A program made the translations under genes and the position numbers. DNA of 64,000 nt, from NCBI GenBank assembly GCA_964016885.1, contig OZ024743.1:280612001-280676000 (forward strand), in the 5' to 3' direction. Positions within the stretch are counted from its first letter, which is position 1. Each line of letters begins with the position of its first letter. The notes under the pieces were generated by a model that made no database searches, was not told the DNA's origin, and saw only the letters and a list, made by a program, of their open reading frames with translations. This stretch comes from Eledone cirrhosa (taxonomy: Eukaryota). Shown here one piece after another: positions 40,912 to 54,257 of the stretch.

Positions 40912-41584
40912 AAAATAGAACGGGAACAAAACAGAGAAGCAGTACAAATAAAGGTTTATTAGTTTCACGCTCTTGAGGGTGGGGGGGAACGACGTTTCGG
41001 GCATAAGCCCTTCTTCAGGAGAAAAGTGGGTGGGAAGAGAGTTCCGAGGGTGTGTGGGGGGAGTGGTGGAGAGACATTTAGAAAAGGGTGGGGAAGGCGT
41101 ACAAATAAAAATAAAAATAAACATGAAGATAAATAAGTGGTGGAAGGGTGTGGGGCGTGTAGGGGGTGGTGGCAGGTGGAGTGGGGAGAGGGAGGTGGGG
41201 GTGTCCGAGTGGGGAGGGTTGAAGGTGGTGTGTGTGTATGTGTGTATGTGTGTAGGTGTACGTGTGTGTGTGTGTGTGTGTGTGTGAATGTGAGAGTTGG
41301 GGGAAGAACGAAGTTCCATGTTCAGGAAAAGGTGTTTGGGGGGCGGGGTGTAGGCCGGTGTGTGTGTGTGCGTGTGGATGGGGAGGGGTCAGGGGGGGGG
41401 GGTCCGGAGGCTGAGTGTGTATATATGTGGGGGTACGCACGTGTGTGTTGGTGTTTATACGTTTTGTGGATGTAGGTGGAGTGGTTCGAAAAAAAATATA
41501 CATATATATGTATATTTATATAGTTAATAAATTTAACAAAACAAAACAAACATAAGAATGCAAAAATACAGTTATATCAGGATT

Positions 41585-41828
41585 CAGTATACAATAGTAC
41601 TAAAGCACACTATACTGTTCGATAGTGTATAATACACGAGATTACTCTAGACTATAGTACAATACAGTATACAATAGTACTAAAGCACACTATACTGTTC
41701 GATAGTGTATAATACACGAGGTTACTCTAGACTATAGTACAATACAGTATACAATAGTACTAAAGCACACTATACTGTTCGATAGTGTATAATACACGAG
41801 ATTACTCTAGACTATAGTACAATACAGT
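41585..41828. repeat. 80-bp tandem repeat, 3 copies
   Basis: CAGTATACAATAGTACTAAAGCACAC... starts at 41585, 41665 and 41745. Confidence 0.92.
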
Positions 41829-42141
41829 GAAATATACTACAATAGTAGAAAGAGCTAAAGCATAACATCATTTATAAATGAGAGAAAAATAATGAGAACA
41901 TTGAAAATTAAAAGCATACTGGCGATAAAAGTTGAGGAGATAACGGTAACGATATTAGCAATGACTATTACAGTGACAATAAGGTAATTTACCGAAATCT
42001 AATTATTAGGGTAAGTTAATTAGCCCTAATAAAATCTGGCGTGTGCGTCCATATATGTGTGTGCATTTATACATATATATTTATATCTGTGCGTGACTGA
42101 GGGTACACATACAGACACACACAGAGGCATATATACATACA

Positions 42142-42210
<69 letters not shown>

Positions 42211-42325
42211 TATGCATATGCATGCGTCTGATAGACGATCAGATAATTAGATAATTAGATAGAAAGATACACATATAGAGAGAGATATAATTGGATGTAT
42301 GGAGAGAGAGATAGACAGATAGATA

Positions 42326-42396
<71 letters not shown>

Positions 42397-42627
42397 GTAA
42401 GTAGGTAGGAAGGTAGGTAGATAGGTAGGTAGGTAGAGAGGTAGGTAGGTAGGTAGGTAGGTAGGTAGGCAGGTAAGTAGTGATATAGGTGAGCTAGCGG
42501 TGGGGTTGATTGATTGACTAATTAATCAATTGATACATGATATATATTTATTATACATACGTTATAAACATTCATAATTATGTTTGGGCACGTGTATATT
42601 TTTGTATGTATATGTTTCAATGTGTTT

Positions 42628-42827
42628 NNNNNNNNNNNNNNNNNNNNNNNNNNNNNNNNNNNNNNNNNNNNNNNNNNNNNNNNNNNNNNNNNNNNNNNNN
42701 NNNNNNNNNNNNNNNNNNNNNNNNNNNNNNNNNNNNNNNNNNNNNNNNNNNNNNNNNNNNNNNNNNNNNNNNNNNNNNNNNNNNNNNNNNNNNNNNNNNN
42801 NNNNNNNNNNNNNNNNNNNNNNNNNNN
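42628..42827. other. Assembly gap (200 N)
   Basis: Run of N. Confidence 0.99.
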
Positions 42828-42849
42828 CTCTTACTAGCAACTCATTTGT

Positions 42850-42941
<92 letters not shown>

Positions 42942-42948
42942 CTGTATG

Positions 42949-42980
<32 letters not shown>

Positions 42981-43127
42981 CACACACACATATATATGCG
43001 TGCGTTCAATTATTATTTTACTAATTTCAGTCATGCTGGGGGTACCGACTTCAATGGTTTCTTCCCGACTATATGAAAATGTTTTGTCATCGTCTTTTTC
43101 TGTTTTGTCATTGAACTGCAAACTCAT

Positions 43128-43250
<123 letters not shown>

Positions 43251-43419
43251 TACACTTATATAGGTGCATTTATATATAGAATTATTAAGGCCAGGACTAC
43301 ACCGAAGACAGACCAGAAACGTTTCGTTGCATTAGAGGACCAACGTTTCGAACAATTATAATTACATTCTAACTCGCTCCATACCTTGGATATTTCCACG
43401 TTTTATATATAGGAACGAT

Positions 43420-43625
43420 CGACTTTCGTCAAATCGGACCGAGGAAACAATGTTTCCGTCGGTCTTTCCAATTGCTAATACTATCTATCGGTCGCAACTC
43501 CAGGTAGAAGGAGCAACGTGAAATAAAGTGTCTTGCTCAAGGACATAACGCATCGCCCGGTCCAGGAATCGAACTCACAACCTTACGATTGCGAATCCAA
43601 TAATCTAACCACTCAGCCACACGAT
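43420..43625 (-). mobile_element. tRNA-derived SINE (second family)
   Basis: Minus: TGGCTGAGTGG A box, GTTCGATTCC B box, TGTCCTTGAGCAAGACACTT body; paralogue at 44450-44650. Confidence 0.82.
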
Positions 43626-43775
43626 ATATATATATATAATTATTGAGGCCGTCGGGGTCCTACTCGTTCCTATTACCCACTCTACTACCCTAAGTATTGA
43701 GAACTTTGGTGCGTTATGGTCCACCTGGTTCCTTACCACATTTCCTTCGTTATATATATATATATATATATATAT

Positions 43776-43794
43776 GTCAATCAATTACTAGTTG

Positions 43795-43832
<38 letters not shown>

Positions 43833-43849
43833 CAATCAATTACTAGTTG

Positions 43850-43912
<63 letters not shown>

Positions 43913-43939
43913 ATATATATGTCAATCAATTACTAGTTG

Positions 43940-44003
<64 letters not shown>

Positions 44004-44029
44004 TATATATGTCAATCAATTACTAGTTG

Positions 44030-44080
<51 letters not shown>

Positions 44081-44102
44081 TATCAACTAGTAATTGATTG
44101 AC
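43776..44102. repeat. 20-bp motif GTCAATCAATTACTAGTTGY x4 separated by (TA)n, plus one inverted copy
   Basis: Copies at ~43776, 43831, 43921 and 44011; reverse complement at ~44083-44102. Confidence 0.88.
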
Positions 44103-44449
44103 ATATATATCTAAAATAAACACATGAAACAATGCTGCATGTCTCTCGGACATGACACCCTTAATGTTGGATATATATATATATAATAAAGTAAAATGAC
44201 AGGAGCCGTACAGGTCGAATTCCCTTAATTATTTATTTCTGCCAACACTATGCGCATGTCAGTGATCAGGCTACGTATGAACCCGGTGACAGCAGCAGGT
44301 GTAACTTGTATAATAGTTGTATACCAAACGAATGATGGCAAACACATTCCAAGAGGATCTAAGGAAAAAATCAAAGAAACAAGCAGCAAATAAAAATAAA
44401 CAGAGAAGAAAAAAGTGTACGTATATATATAAAATAAATTTGTCGATCA

Positions 44450-44650
44450 ACTTTCGTCAAATCGGACCGAGGAAGCAATGTTTCCGTTGATCTTTCCAAT
44501 TGCTAATACTGTCTAACGATCGCAACGGTAGAAGTAGCAACGGGAAATAAAGTGTCTTGCTGAAGGACTTGACGCATCGCCCGGTCCGAGAATCGAACTG
44601 GCAACCTACCAATTGCGAGTCCTGTTCTCTAACCAATCATCCACACGCCT
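44450..44650 (-). mobile_element. tRNA-derived SINE (second family), diverged
   Basis: Homologous to 43420-43625. Confidence 0.75.
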
Positions 44651-45061
44651 TTATATATGTATACATATATAAAATAGTAAAAAAGTAAAAAACAGTAGTA
44701 AATGCTAAAGGAACATGCGAATATCCATGTTAAAAACATATGTGAGGAGCTTTCGATTCCAGAGTCAGGTTCGATAATTAATAGATCGTTCCTCTAGCTG
44801 ATCAACAGTGAAACATGTGTAATATGTAATAAAATATGTATATGATACAACACTGATCCTTTGTTCCCTTATATATTAATACTATTCATACTCGGCTCCC
44901 CAAGAGCATCGTGTGCTCACCCGGTATACCGCCTATGGACGCAATTAACTTGCACCGTAACACACACATATATATATATTTATATATATATATATATATA
45001 TATGTAAGTATGCATGTATACGTACATACATATATGTATACAGACGTACAGTAGCATGCAC

Positions 45062-45110
<49 letters not shown>

Positions 45111-45266
45111 TATACATATGCATACAGGTACACATACATATATGCACGTATCAGTTTAGCGGCGCTAACGTCGCTTTGTTCGTTTGTAAACAAACTGAAC
45201 AGCCTGAATTTATGCCATACGGTGTTAAGGCAACCACGTCACCTTTTTGTTCAACACTGACACAGG

Positions 45267-45311
45267 AACGATGTACTAGTTTCAAGCTTGTTAGCTATCA
45301 TCAGCACCGTT
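45267..45311 (-). ncRNA. Type-I hammerhead ribozyme motif
   Basis: Exact reverse complement of 46033-46077. Confidence 0.8.
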
Positions 45312-45551
45312 TACCCATCTGCCAGATAGTTGAACGTTCGAAAGTATATACTTTCCCTATGAAAATTAACGGCTGAGCAGCCTAATTTGCATATTGAGTG
45401 AGTTAAATCGGTCAGGCATACCGAAAACGATAAATTGAAACAAAATGAAAACGAAATTTCATTTCTCACTCTTAGTATGGCACTTACTTAAATGTAAGTA
45501 TGCATGTATACGTACATACATATATGTATACAGACGTACAGTAGCATGCAC

Positions 45552-45594
<43 letters not shown>

Positions 45595-45753
45595 TATACA
45601 TATGCATACAGGTACACAAAGGTGACGTGGTTGCCTTAACACCGTATGGCATAAATTCAGGCTGTTCAGTTTGTTTACAAACGAACAAAGCGACGTTAGC
45701 GCCGCTAAACTGATACGTGCATATATGTATGTGTACCTGTATGCATATGTATA

Positions 45754-45792
<39 letters not shown>

Positions 45793-46032
45793 GTGCATGC
45801 TACTGTACGTCTGTATACATATATGTATGTACGTATACATGCATACTTACATTTAAGTAAGTGCCATACTAAGAGTGAGAAATGAAATTTCGTTTTCATT
45901 TTGTTTCAATTTATCGTTTTCGGTATGCCTGACCGATTTAACTCACTCAATATGCAAATTAGGCTGCTCAGCCGTTAATTTTCATAGGGAAAGTATATAC
46001 TTTCGAACGTTCAACTATCTGGCAGATGGGTA

Positions 46033-46077
46033 AACGGTGCTGATGATAGCTAACAAGCTTGAAACTAGTACATCGTT
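46033..46077 (+). ncRNA. Type-I hammerhead ribozyme motif; predicted cleavage after 46070 (GUA)
   Basis: AACGGTG-CTGATGA-T-AGCT-AACA-AGCT-T-GAAA-CTAG-TA-CATCGTT: 7-bp stem I, intact core, palindromic stem III. Confidence 0.82.
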
Positions 46078-46233
46078 CCTGTGTCAGTGTTGAACAAAAA
46101 GGTGACGTGGTTGCCTTAACACCGTATGGCATAAATTCAGGCTGTTCAGTTTGTTTACAAACGAACAAAGCGACGTTAGCGCCGCTAAACTGATACGTGC
46201 ATATATGTATGTGTACCTGTATGCATATGTATA

Positions 46234-46276
<43 letters not shown>

Positions 46277-46516
46277 GTGCATGCTACTGTACGTCTGTAT
46301 ACATATATGTATGTACGTATACATGCATACTTACATTTAAGTAAGTGCCATACTAAGAGTGAGAAATGAAATTTCGTTTTCATTTTGTTTCAATTTATCG
46401 TTTTCGGTATGCCTGACCGATTTAACTCACTCAATATGCAAATTAGGCTGCTCAGCCGTTAATTTTCATAGGGAAAGTATATACTTTCGAACGTTCAACT
46501 ATCTGGCAGATGGGTA

Positions 46517-46561
46517 AACGGTGCTGATGATAGCTAACAAGCTTGAAACTAGTACATCGTT
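46517..46561 (+). ncRNA. Type-I hammerhead ribozyme motif; predicted cleavage after 46554
   Basis: Identical to 46033-46077, 484 bp downstream. Confidence 0.82.
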
Positions 46562-46717
46562 CCTGTGTCAGTGTTGAACAAAAAGGTGACGTGGTTGCCT
46601 TAACACCGTATGGCATAAATTCAGGCTGTTCAGTTTGTTTACAAACGAACAAAGCGACGTTAGCGCCGCTAAACTGATACGTGCATATATGTATGTGTAC
46701 CTGTATGCATATGTATA

Positions 46718-46762
<45 letters not shown>

Positions 46763-46878
46763 GTGCATGCTACTGTACGTCTGTATACATATATGTATGT
46801 ACGTATACATGCATACTTACATTTAAGTAAGTGCCATACTAAGAGTGAGAAATGAAATTTCGTTTTCATTTTGTTTCA

Positions 46879-47010
<132 letters not shown>

Positions 47011-48217
47011 AGGGGAGGCTGTATGTACGTGTGCCGGTGTCGTTTCTACATATATAAAACAAATTCGATACTGAATTCTAGCAATTGATAAAATTAAATC
47101 AAATGAGCTACCACAGCCCAGCTTTAGCAGAACTGTGTTACTGTAGAACTACAGAAGTGGAATCCATTGCTGCGACCAGGCAGCTGCAATTAGAGCTGAA
47201 ACAATATTTGTCCCTTCTATGATCTATGAAATCAATGTTTTGAATATTTCCGCTGTACTTCTACGAAAAGAAGATTCTCTATATGATTGATACATCGTAA
47301 TTTCATACGTGTGACCGTGTCTCCATGCGTCTGCTATGATTATCGGCGCAGAACAAACAAAAATACTGTCCTATCGTTTAGCAAAATCTTCGCGTGAGCT
47401 ACTAATACCAATGGATTTTTCACCCGAGGAAAACGGCAAGCGAATAAATGCGTTAAGAGTTCGCTTCCGACTTGCCACAATTTCAGTGTTGAAATCGCAG
47501 AATTCTCTTGGATGTACAAGATGGCCAATTTCCGTTCGAATTTATTCTCCAAATTTCCGTATCCGATAAAAATTAACAGTAGCAAGCCTCAGGCTTCTTC
47601 TTTGACGATGATCTCTGTTTGCTATCGGTTTCCGGATGAGATTCATTTTAAAGAATTATTTCATAAATTTGGTTATTATTCACGTTTACAAAACCAGTAA
47701 CCTGAAGCTTATGAAAAATATCATTTGAACTTAACGATGTTGTTTGGAATCCGAAAATCTTGAGAAAAAAAAGAAAAAGAAAAAGAAAAAGAAAAAGAAA
47801 AAGAAAAAGAAAAAGAAAAGAAAAGTAAGAGGCTATGAGTTGTCTGTATATTTAGATATGGGGAGTGGGTAAGATGCTTATTCATGCGACAACACTTTTT
47901 CATAATAGTATATAATTAAGTAATTCATTATTTCGTGTCGTTCTCTTTACACCATCACCACTTTGGAACTCGAAATTGTCGCATTCTAATACTTTAACAA
48001 TAGTTTTAAGTTTGAAGTGGAACCATCAAAAGCAATCTTCTTCGCACACTTAAGGCCACCGCCTCAACATAATGACTCCCAAAAAATGCAAAGTAAAAAA
48101 AACTGATACATTTCTCTTTCTTTTACATGCTAGATATATTGTGATGATACTTTTTTATTTAAATAAATATTATAAAATTTTAATAAATTGCTTTTAGTTT
48201 GGCGCCTCATTCTATAA

Positions 48218-48264
<47 letters not shown>

Positions 48265-48489
48265 CGTGTTTGTGTATGCGTGTGTGTGTGCGTGCGTGCG
48301 CGCGCGCGCATGTGTGTGTCTGCATGTGTGCGTGTGTGTGTGTATGCGTTAGTTTGCGTATGTGCATGTATACTAACACGAACACGCTCTCTATAGATAA
48401 CGTATTTGTCTTTTTACATAAGAGACAGACATAAATAGGAAAGAGAGAGATATATGGGTAGACATATATAGTGTATATTATATATATAT

Positions 48490-48521
<32 letters not shown>

Positions 48522-48956
48522 ATTTCTGTTTATTTGCCACGAGGGCACAAAAGAAGGGGACATTTACACAGTGGGGGAGTTTACATAAATCGAGTAAAGA
48601 AAAAAGGAATAACAATAATAATATAACAATAAAAAGTCCTCAAAAGGGAGGGGGCGTGTTGGGGATTGCACATACCCCCGAAAAGTGTGCAACTCTTTTC
48701 GCGGGGGAAGCCCAGAGAGGAGGCGCTCCCCCTTTCCTCTTCACTTCTTCACCTACAGAACAATGTAGAGAGAAGGCCCATTTACACGGGCCATTCTCGC
48801 TTCTTTCACCCACCTTTCATAAAACTGTCTGGGGCCAAGCACTTCTCTCTCCATCCTGATCCTTCTTCCGAAGTGGTATCGGAAGAAGTAAACCAGGTGA
48901 TGGCCGGAGAGAAAGTCACCCGACCTCAGACCTTTCAGGCGCGTCCACCACACAAC

Positions 48957-51578
48957 CTATTTCATCATGGCTATTACGCACAGAAAGACCGCCTCTGCTT
49001 CATTTCTGAAGGGAGGAGGCGGCTTGATGTTCACCACAGACTCGGCGGTTAATCGAATCGGCGCCACACGCGACAGCAGTCGTTCGACGTAGCCCCACAG
49101 ATCGGCAACGCCCGGGCAGTGTACCAGTGCATGCGCAACGGTTTCCTCGTCGCGCACGCATCTGGGGCAGATCTTTTTCGCGGGATCCCTGCCCGGGCGC
49201 CCGTGTCTGTAGAGCTTTTCTCGAACGGGCAGAGCCCCCCGGTAACACTGCCAGGCTAGGGACCTCTGGAAGTTGTCCATGGGTCCCGGGCCGAAAGTTC
49301 TACCGAACAGGCTGGCCAGTTCGTCCTCCTCCATGCCTAGCGACTCTCCAAGGGTGTCGTCGCCCTTGCTAGCCACCAACCCTCTATAGAATGTCGAGGT
49401 GGATTCTCCACTGATAGTCGGGTCCGCTTGCCAGATAGCCGTGAGCGCCTGGGCACACTCGGTGTGCCAGTTGCCCAGTTTTCTCGGTCTTTGCTTCACC
49501 CAGGATTGCAGTTCGGTGAGCGAGACGAGCTGTGGGAAGGCTCGCCTCACAAACGGGGCCCACACCGGCTGACCGTTGAGGAATACCTGTAGATGCCGTA
49601 GCCTCAATGCGTGCCTACGCATCAACAGCCACGGCATACCCAGCCCTCCTTTCGAAGGGTGCTGGTAGCAGATGGATCTCCTCACCATGGGAGGCCGCTT
49701 CTTCCAGAGGAACTGGAAGAGCATGCGTTCCATGATGGTGAGCTTTTCCTTGGGGCAAGGCACGACGGTCAGGCGGTAGTAGATGACGGACGCTATGTAA
49801 GCGCTCGTCACCTCCGCCCGACCTTTCAGTGATAGTTTGCACTTGGCCCACTTCTGGGTCAGCGCAAACACCCTGCTCGTCACCTCGCCCCAATTCTTCT
49901 CCACCTGGAGGTCCGGTCCGAACCAGACCCCGAGCAGCTTCACCGGGCCCTCCGTCCACCGCCCGACGACACCGTCTAACGGCATCGGTTTGCCCCTCCA
50001 CGTTCCGAGTTGCAAACCGACTGACTTGTCCTGGTTCAGCCTAGCCCCCGTCAGCCTTTCGTATTCCTCCAGTAGGGTGGCGATCGCCCCGATTTCCGAG
50101 GCGTCCGCCACCATTACTGTTACGTCGTCGGCATAGGCCGAGACCGCTTTGTGCAATCCCGGTTCCAGGGGTATGCCCCGCAGCAACTCCAACTTCCGCA
50201 GCAGTGGCTCGAGAGTCAATACGTACAGAAGGGAGGAGAGGGGGCACCCCTGTCTGATGGACCGGGTGATTTGAAACGGCTCCGAGAGGTAGCCGTTTAC
50301 TTTAATCCTAGAGTAGATGTTGCCACTGTGCATGGCAGAAATCCAGCCCCTGAAAACGGGTCTGAAGCCCGCCGCCGCTAGCACCGCATCCAGGTAACCA
50401 TGGTCGACCTTATCGAACGCCTTAGATTGATCCAAGTTGATCAGGGCTCCACCAAAGCCGGGTTCGTAGCCAACCCTCTCTATGATGTATCGCATGAGGT
50501 GGAGGTTGTCGTGAATGGACCTGGACGGGATAGCGCATGTCTGCGCGTCTCCCACCAAACCACCCACCACAAGCGCCAACCTCTTCGCCAATACCTTGGC
50601 CAAAATCTGTAACTCTGCATTCAGCAGAGTTATGGGCCTAAAGTTACTTAAGTCGTCCCCCTTTCTCTCGTCCTTCCTCACTAGCGTGACCACGCCCTTG
50701 GTCACAGAACAGGGAATTCTCCCGTTCTGTTGCCAGTTGCAATAGACAGCCTCGAGGAGTTCGGAGAACAAGACCGGCATAGCTAAATAAAGTTCGTATG
50801 GTAGACCATCGAGACCCGGAGATTTGCGTCTGCTGCATTGGCTGAGTGCTTCCCCAATTTCAGTGGCTGTGATTGGCCTTTCGCAGCACTCCGCTTCGCC
50901 GCTCGAAAGACGCGGTAGACCGTTGAGGTATGGACCGAAGTCCACATCCCCGTCCGGCCCCCCGCCACCTCCGAACAGTCGAGCAAAGTGCCTTTGAAAG
51001 GCCTCGCACATTCGCTCAGGTTCAAGGATCACCCGTCCATCCTGGTCTCGCAAAGACCGAATGGTGGATTTAATCCCACTCTTGGCTTCTGTCACGCGGG
51101 CCCAGCTAACAGCTTTGGTCCCCTCGTTTCCTAAAGCACGTATTTTACTTCGAACAACGCAGCCTTCGTGCTTCGCGTCAAAGAACTGACTCAACGCCGT
51201 TCTCGCCGCTAACACTCTGGCTACGTCTCCGCTCCTAATCGCCTCTTCTAGTTTATCTGTTAACTCCCTTTCCTTCCTATTTCTATTCGCCGCTAGTTCC
51301 TTACTGTAACCTATCGAACTTACTCTAATCTCTCTCTTTAGAGATACCCACCACCTACTGTTGACGATCGCTCCCGTCAACCGCATCTTAACTAAGCTAC
51401 TAATCCGGTTTCTGTAATCTTTCTTTGTCGGCAAGGACAAGTTCATCTTCCAGTAACCGGGACCCTGTCTATGCGTTCTATCAAGGTTGACCACGCAGGT
51501 CACTAATTTGTGATCTGAATAGCCAACCATGATCAGTTCTGGACAACTAAATACGTCCCTATCCTTACTCCTAACCAA
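48957..51578 (-). CDS. LINE ORF2 main fragment: end of APE, reverse transcriptase, C-terminal zinc finger (873 aa)
   Basis: SDH, GYWKMN, KSPGLDG, FRPITLLN, LDQSKAFDKVDH, RQGCPLS, AYADD, GGLG, CPRC..ETVAHALVHC. Confidence 0.95.
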   Translation of the reverse strand: MVRSKDRDVFSCPELIMVGYSDHKLVTCVVNLDRTHRQGPGYWKMNLSLPTKKDYRNRISSLVKMRLTGAIVNSRWWVSLKREIRVSSIGYSKELAANRNRKERELTDKLEEAIRSGDVARVLAARTALSQFFDAKHEGCVVRSKIRALGNEGTKAVSWARVTEAKSGIKSTIRSLRDQDGRVILEPERMCEAFQRHFARLFGGGGGPDGDVDFGPYLNGLPRLSSGEAECCERPITATEIGEALSQCSRRKSPGLDGLPYELYLAMPVLFSELLEAVYCNWQQNGRIPCSVTKGVVTLVRKDERKGDDLSNFRPITLLNAELQILAKVLAKRLALVVGGLVGDAQTCAIPSRSIHDNLHLMRYIIERVGYEPGFGGALINLDQSKAFDKVDHGYLDAVLAAAGFRPVFRGWISAMHSGNIYSRIKVNGYLSEPFQITRSIRQGCPLSSLLYVLTLEPLLRKLELLRGIPLEPGLHKAVSAYADDVTVMVADASEIGAIATLLEEYERLTGARLNQDKSVGLQLGTWRGKPMPLDGVVGRWTEGPVKLLGVWFGPDLQVEKNWGEVTSRVFALTQKWAKCKLSLKGRAEVTSAYIASVIYYRLTVVPCPKEKLTIMERMLFQFLWKKRPPMVRRSICYQHPSKGGLGMPWLLMRRHALRLRHLQVFLNGQPVWAPFVRRAFPQLVSLTELQSWVKQRPRKLGNWHTECAQALTAIWQADPTISGESTSTFYRGLVASKGDDTLGESLGMEEDELASLFGRTFGPGPMDNFQRSLAWQCYRGALPVREKLYRHGRPGRDPAKKICPRCVRDEETVAHALVHCPGVADLWGYVERLLSRVAPIRLTAESVVNIKPPPPFRNEAEAVFLCVIAMMK

Positions 51579-52186
51579 AAACCTATCTAGGTACGATCTA
51601 GATTGTCCACTGCGGTTTGCCCAGGTTCAGGTTGACGCAGTTGGACAATCTAGTCGAAATCTATCGACCAGGTCGAATTGATCGAGTAACCCCTTGAGGC
51701 TGCTACACCCCCCTCTATCGGGACATGCCCCTGCATAGTCCCAACGCGCATCTAGGATTCCATTCCAGTCCCCCACTAAAAGCAGGGAACGCGACGTTCC
51801 TAGAAAAGTCTCCAGACGCTGGAAGAAGTCGGCTCTTTCCGCCCCGAAGGGAGCATAAAGACCGACCAGTCTGAAAGCCCCGCCTTCACCGCCTCCGACG
51901 TCCAGCACCAGTAATCGACCCCCCGGGTCCGAGTGAACAATCTGTACGTCGAGAGTCAGACGTTTATCCAGCAGTACGGCAACTCCCCCCCCCCCCCGCC
52001 TCCGGGTTGACAGAGAGATGCGTGCATCTCAAAGTCATCGAAGGCGGGCGCCAGCTGTCTCACGCTGCTGATCCGACTCTCCCAAACAACCATCACATCT
52101 ATACTTTGTGACCTGAGGTCACTTAGAAGCTTTGCTTGCTTCCAAGCTGAGCCCAGGCCACGCGCGTTCAAACAGCCAACTCTCAA
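51579..52186 (-). pseudogene. ORF2 N-terminal APE endonuclease, disrupted by a frameshift (poly-C ~51990) and a stop (~51627)
   Basis: GCLNARGL, LYAP, VGDWN motifs in ORFs 51956-52186 and 51627-51908. Confidence 0.88.
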
Positions 52187-52191
52187 TTGAT

Positions 52192-54023
52192 CTATTTTGG
52201 TGTTGAAAGTGAAGAAAGAAAAGCACCTACCTCTCCGGGTTGCGTAATTTCCATGGCATCAAATGTGTTGGGTGGAGGGATGTTTTGTGGTGGTGTGGGG
52301 GTACACGTGTGTGGTGGGGTTGGGGTATTTGGAGTTGTGTCAGGGAGAGGGGCGGTTATGGGGAAATCTTTCAAGAGGACGCGATTCAACGGTTTTAAAC
52401 AGGGGGGGCTCACGTCCCGTCTAAATTGTTCTTTTAAGGAACGATAAAGGTCCAGAGGGACCTTTATCATTTTTAAATGGGTGAAGTTCTCTGTTGAGAT
52501 AAAGTTTGGCCCTTCGGTCTGCACCATAGGGTTATTGTTTATTAATTTAACCAGTTTTTTGTTTTCTTTATTTATATATGTGTATTGCAACGTCTTTTTT
52601 TGTGATGCTGTCAATGTTTCGGAGAGGGGAGGCGCAGATTTATTTTTGTTTGTTGAGGGTGGGGTGTTTTTGATTGGAGTTGGTGTTTGTGTGTGGGTTA
52701 TTTGTGGTGTGCTGGGTGTGTGTTTTCTTTTTTTCTTTTAACTTGTCTGAAGGCTTCTCCTCCTTCTTCTTCAGAAGTTGGGGGAAACTCTTCAGCGCTA
52801 GGTGGGAGGGACGTGTTGTGTGGTTGTTTTTTTTTGCGGGAGGGGTAGATTTGTTACTGTTTTTTTTATTATTTGTTTGGAATGGGTTTTGTGGTGGTGG
52901 TGGTAATGTTTGTGTCGTGCTTGTGGTTGGTGATGGTGGTGGTGATGTTTGTGTTGTGGTTGGTGGTGGTGATTTTTGTGTCGTGCTTGTGTTTGGTGCT
53001 GGTGGTGGTGATGTTTGTGTTGTGTTTGTGGTTGGTGGTGTCTGTATTTTGTTTGCTGTGTGTGGTATTAGTGTATTTTTGGAGGTGGGTGGTGTTGGTG
53101 TACTGTTTGTGGTGGGTGTGGGCAATAGTCCTTTTTGGGGGATACGTTTCGGGCAGTTAGCCTTAACGTGTCCCCTTTCCATGCATAAATAGCATGCTGG
53201 TCTTCTCCCCTCTACAATTATGTCTATTGGGGTAAGGTCATCCAGCCAGATGCGATCCGGGATTTGTGCTATTCTTTCGGGCCTCATTTGGACTAGTATG
53301 TCGAGGCCCATTCCCAGGAACGCATCTCCAGTTGCCTTCCCCATTGACAGCATTGTGTCTTCGCCCATGTCTATGAAGCCAGCAATAGCCCACCAGAAGT
53401 CCATTGTGGGCAGCATTGTTTTTACTTTTACTCTCTGTGTTCTTCTACCCATGTAGGAGGGATAGAAGCTGTATGTTGTCGATGAGAGTGGGCTTAGGGA
53501 AAGCTTCTCCGCCGTTTCCTTGTCTCTTGTTAGGACCGAAATGCTGCCATAGAGTCGGTCCTTTCGTATGAAGAGAATATTCTTCATATAGTCTTTTAGG
53601 ACTAACTCTATTTCCATTTGGCTGGGCTGTGCTGGCTTTCTTGTCTGGTTCAGTATAGTTCTGAAGAGAACTGTGTTCTCTGTTCTTTCTTTCTTGAATT
53701 CTGGGGGGGAGTTAATGGAAAACATTCCGTTCTCCCCCAAAACAATGTGTTTCTTTGCTTCGGCCAGTTTTTCTCTGGCGGCAGTTAGGTCAATTGGTGT
53801 GTATGTAATGGATTGTTTTGTTTTCTGGGCGAAAGTTGCCCTGTTGTTATTTGTATTATTTTCTGTTTGTTTGTTTTCCGTTTGCTCATTTTCCTTAACA
53901 TTTGTTTTTTTCATTTTCTTTGTTTGTTTCATTGTCTAATTTTGTTGTAATTATTTTTTGTTCTTCAGACTTGGGGGGCGTGGCAGAGCTAATGGCAGAC
54001 ATGTCTGCCATCTTTTCCGCCAT
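52192..54023 (-). pseudogene. LINE ORF1 (gag-like, CCHC zinc knuckle, P/T-rich linker), frameshifted
   Basis: ORF 52640-53932 with EGRRPACYLCMERGHVKANC; continues in 52192-52614; parallels 19735-20817. Confidence 0.85.
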
Positions 54024-54224
54024 GCTGCCAAGAAAGAAATTTTTCGGCAAAAATAGATATTTATTTTACCCCCTAAAAAGGGGGTAAATGCAAAAATGTT
54101 TCCCTAAATAACAGGGGTTAGTGTTCCAAATGTGTTGCACTGAAAAATTTATCCGGTACTTACAATAGTAAGGGTAAATCCCGATGGAATAGCGGAGCCG
54201 ATGTGAAGCGTGTCTTACTCTATC

Positions 54225-54257
<33 letters not shown>

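Larger units (their letters stand above)
48520..54225 (-). mobile_element. Near full-length Tx1/L1-clade LINE inserted in a (GATA)n tract
   Basis: 5' UTR, ORF1 with CCHC knuckle, ORF2 APE-RT-zinc finger, 3' UTR with AATAAA (~48528-48533); (GATA)n at both junctions. Confidence 0.95.

Noticed and set aside
40988-41022. CTGAAGA-AGGGC-TTAT-GCCC-GAAAC hammerhead core on minus
   Set aside because: Core and stem II present but no stem I partner next to a cleavage triplet; counted only as a decayed pLTR remnant
43545-43625. tRNA gene
   Set aside because: A and B boxes continue into a SINE body and a paralogue exists at 44450-44650; no complete cloverleaf
45014-46869. Repeated ORFs (…[20 protein letters not shown]…) in the 484-bp unit
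   Set aside because: Antisense to the ribozyme, frame depends on (TA)n length, no recognisable domain
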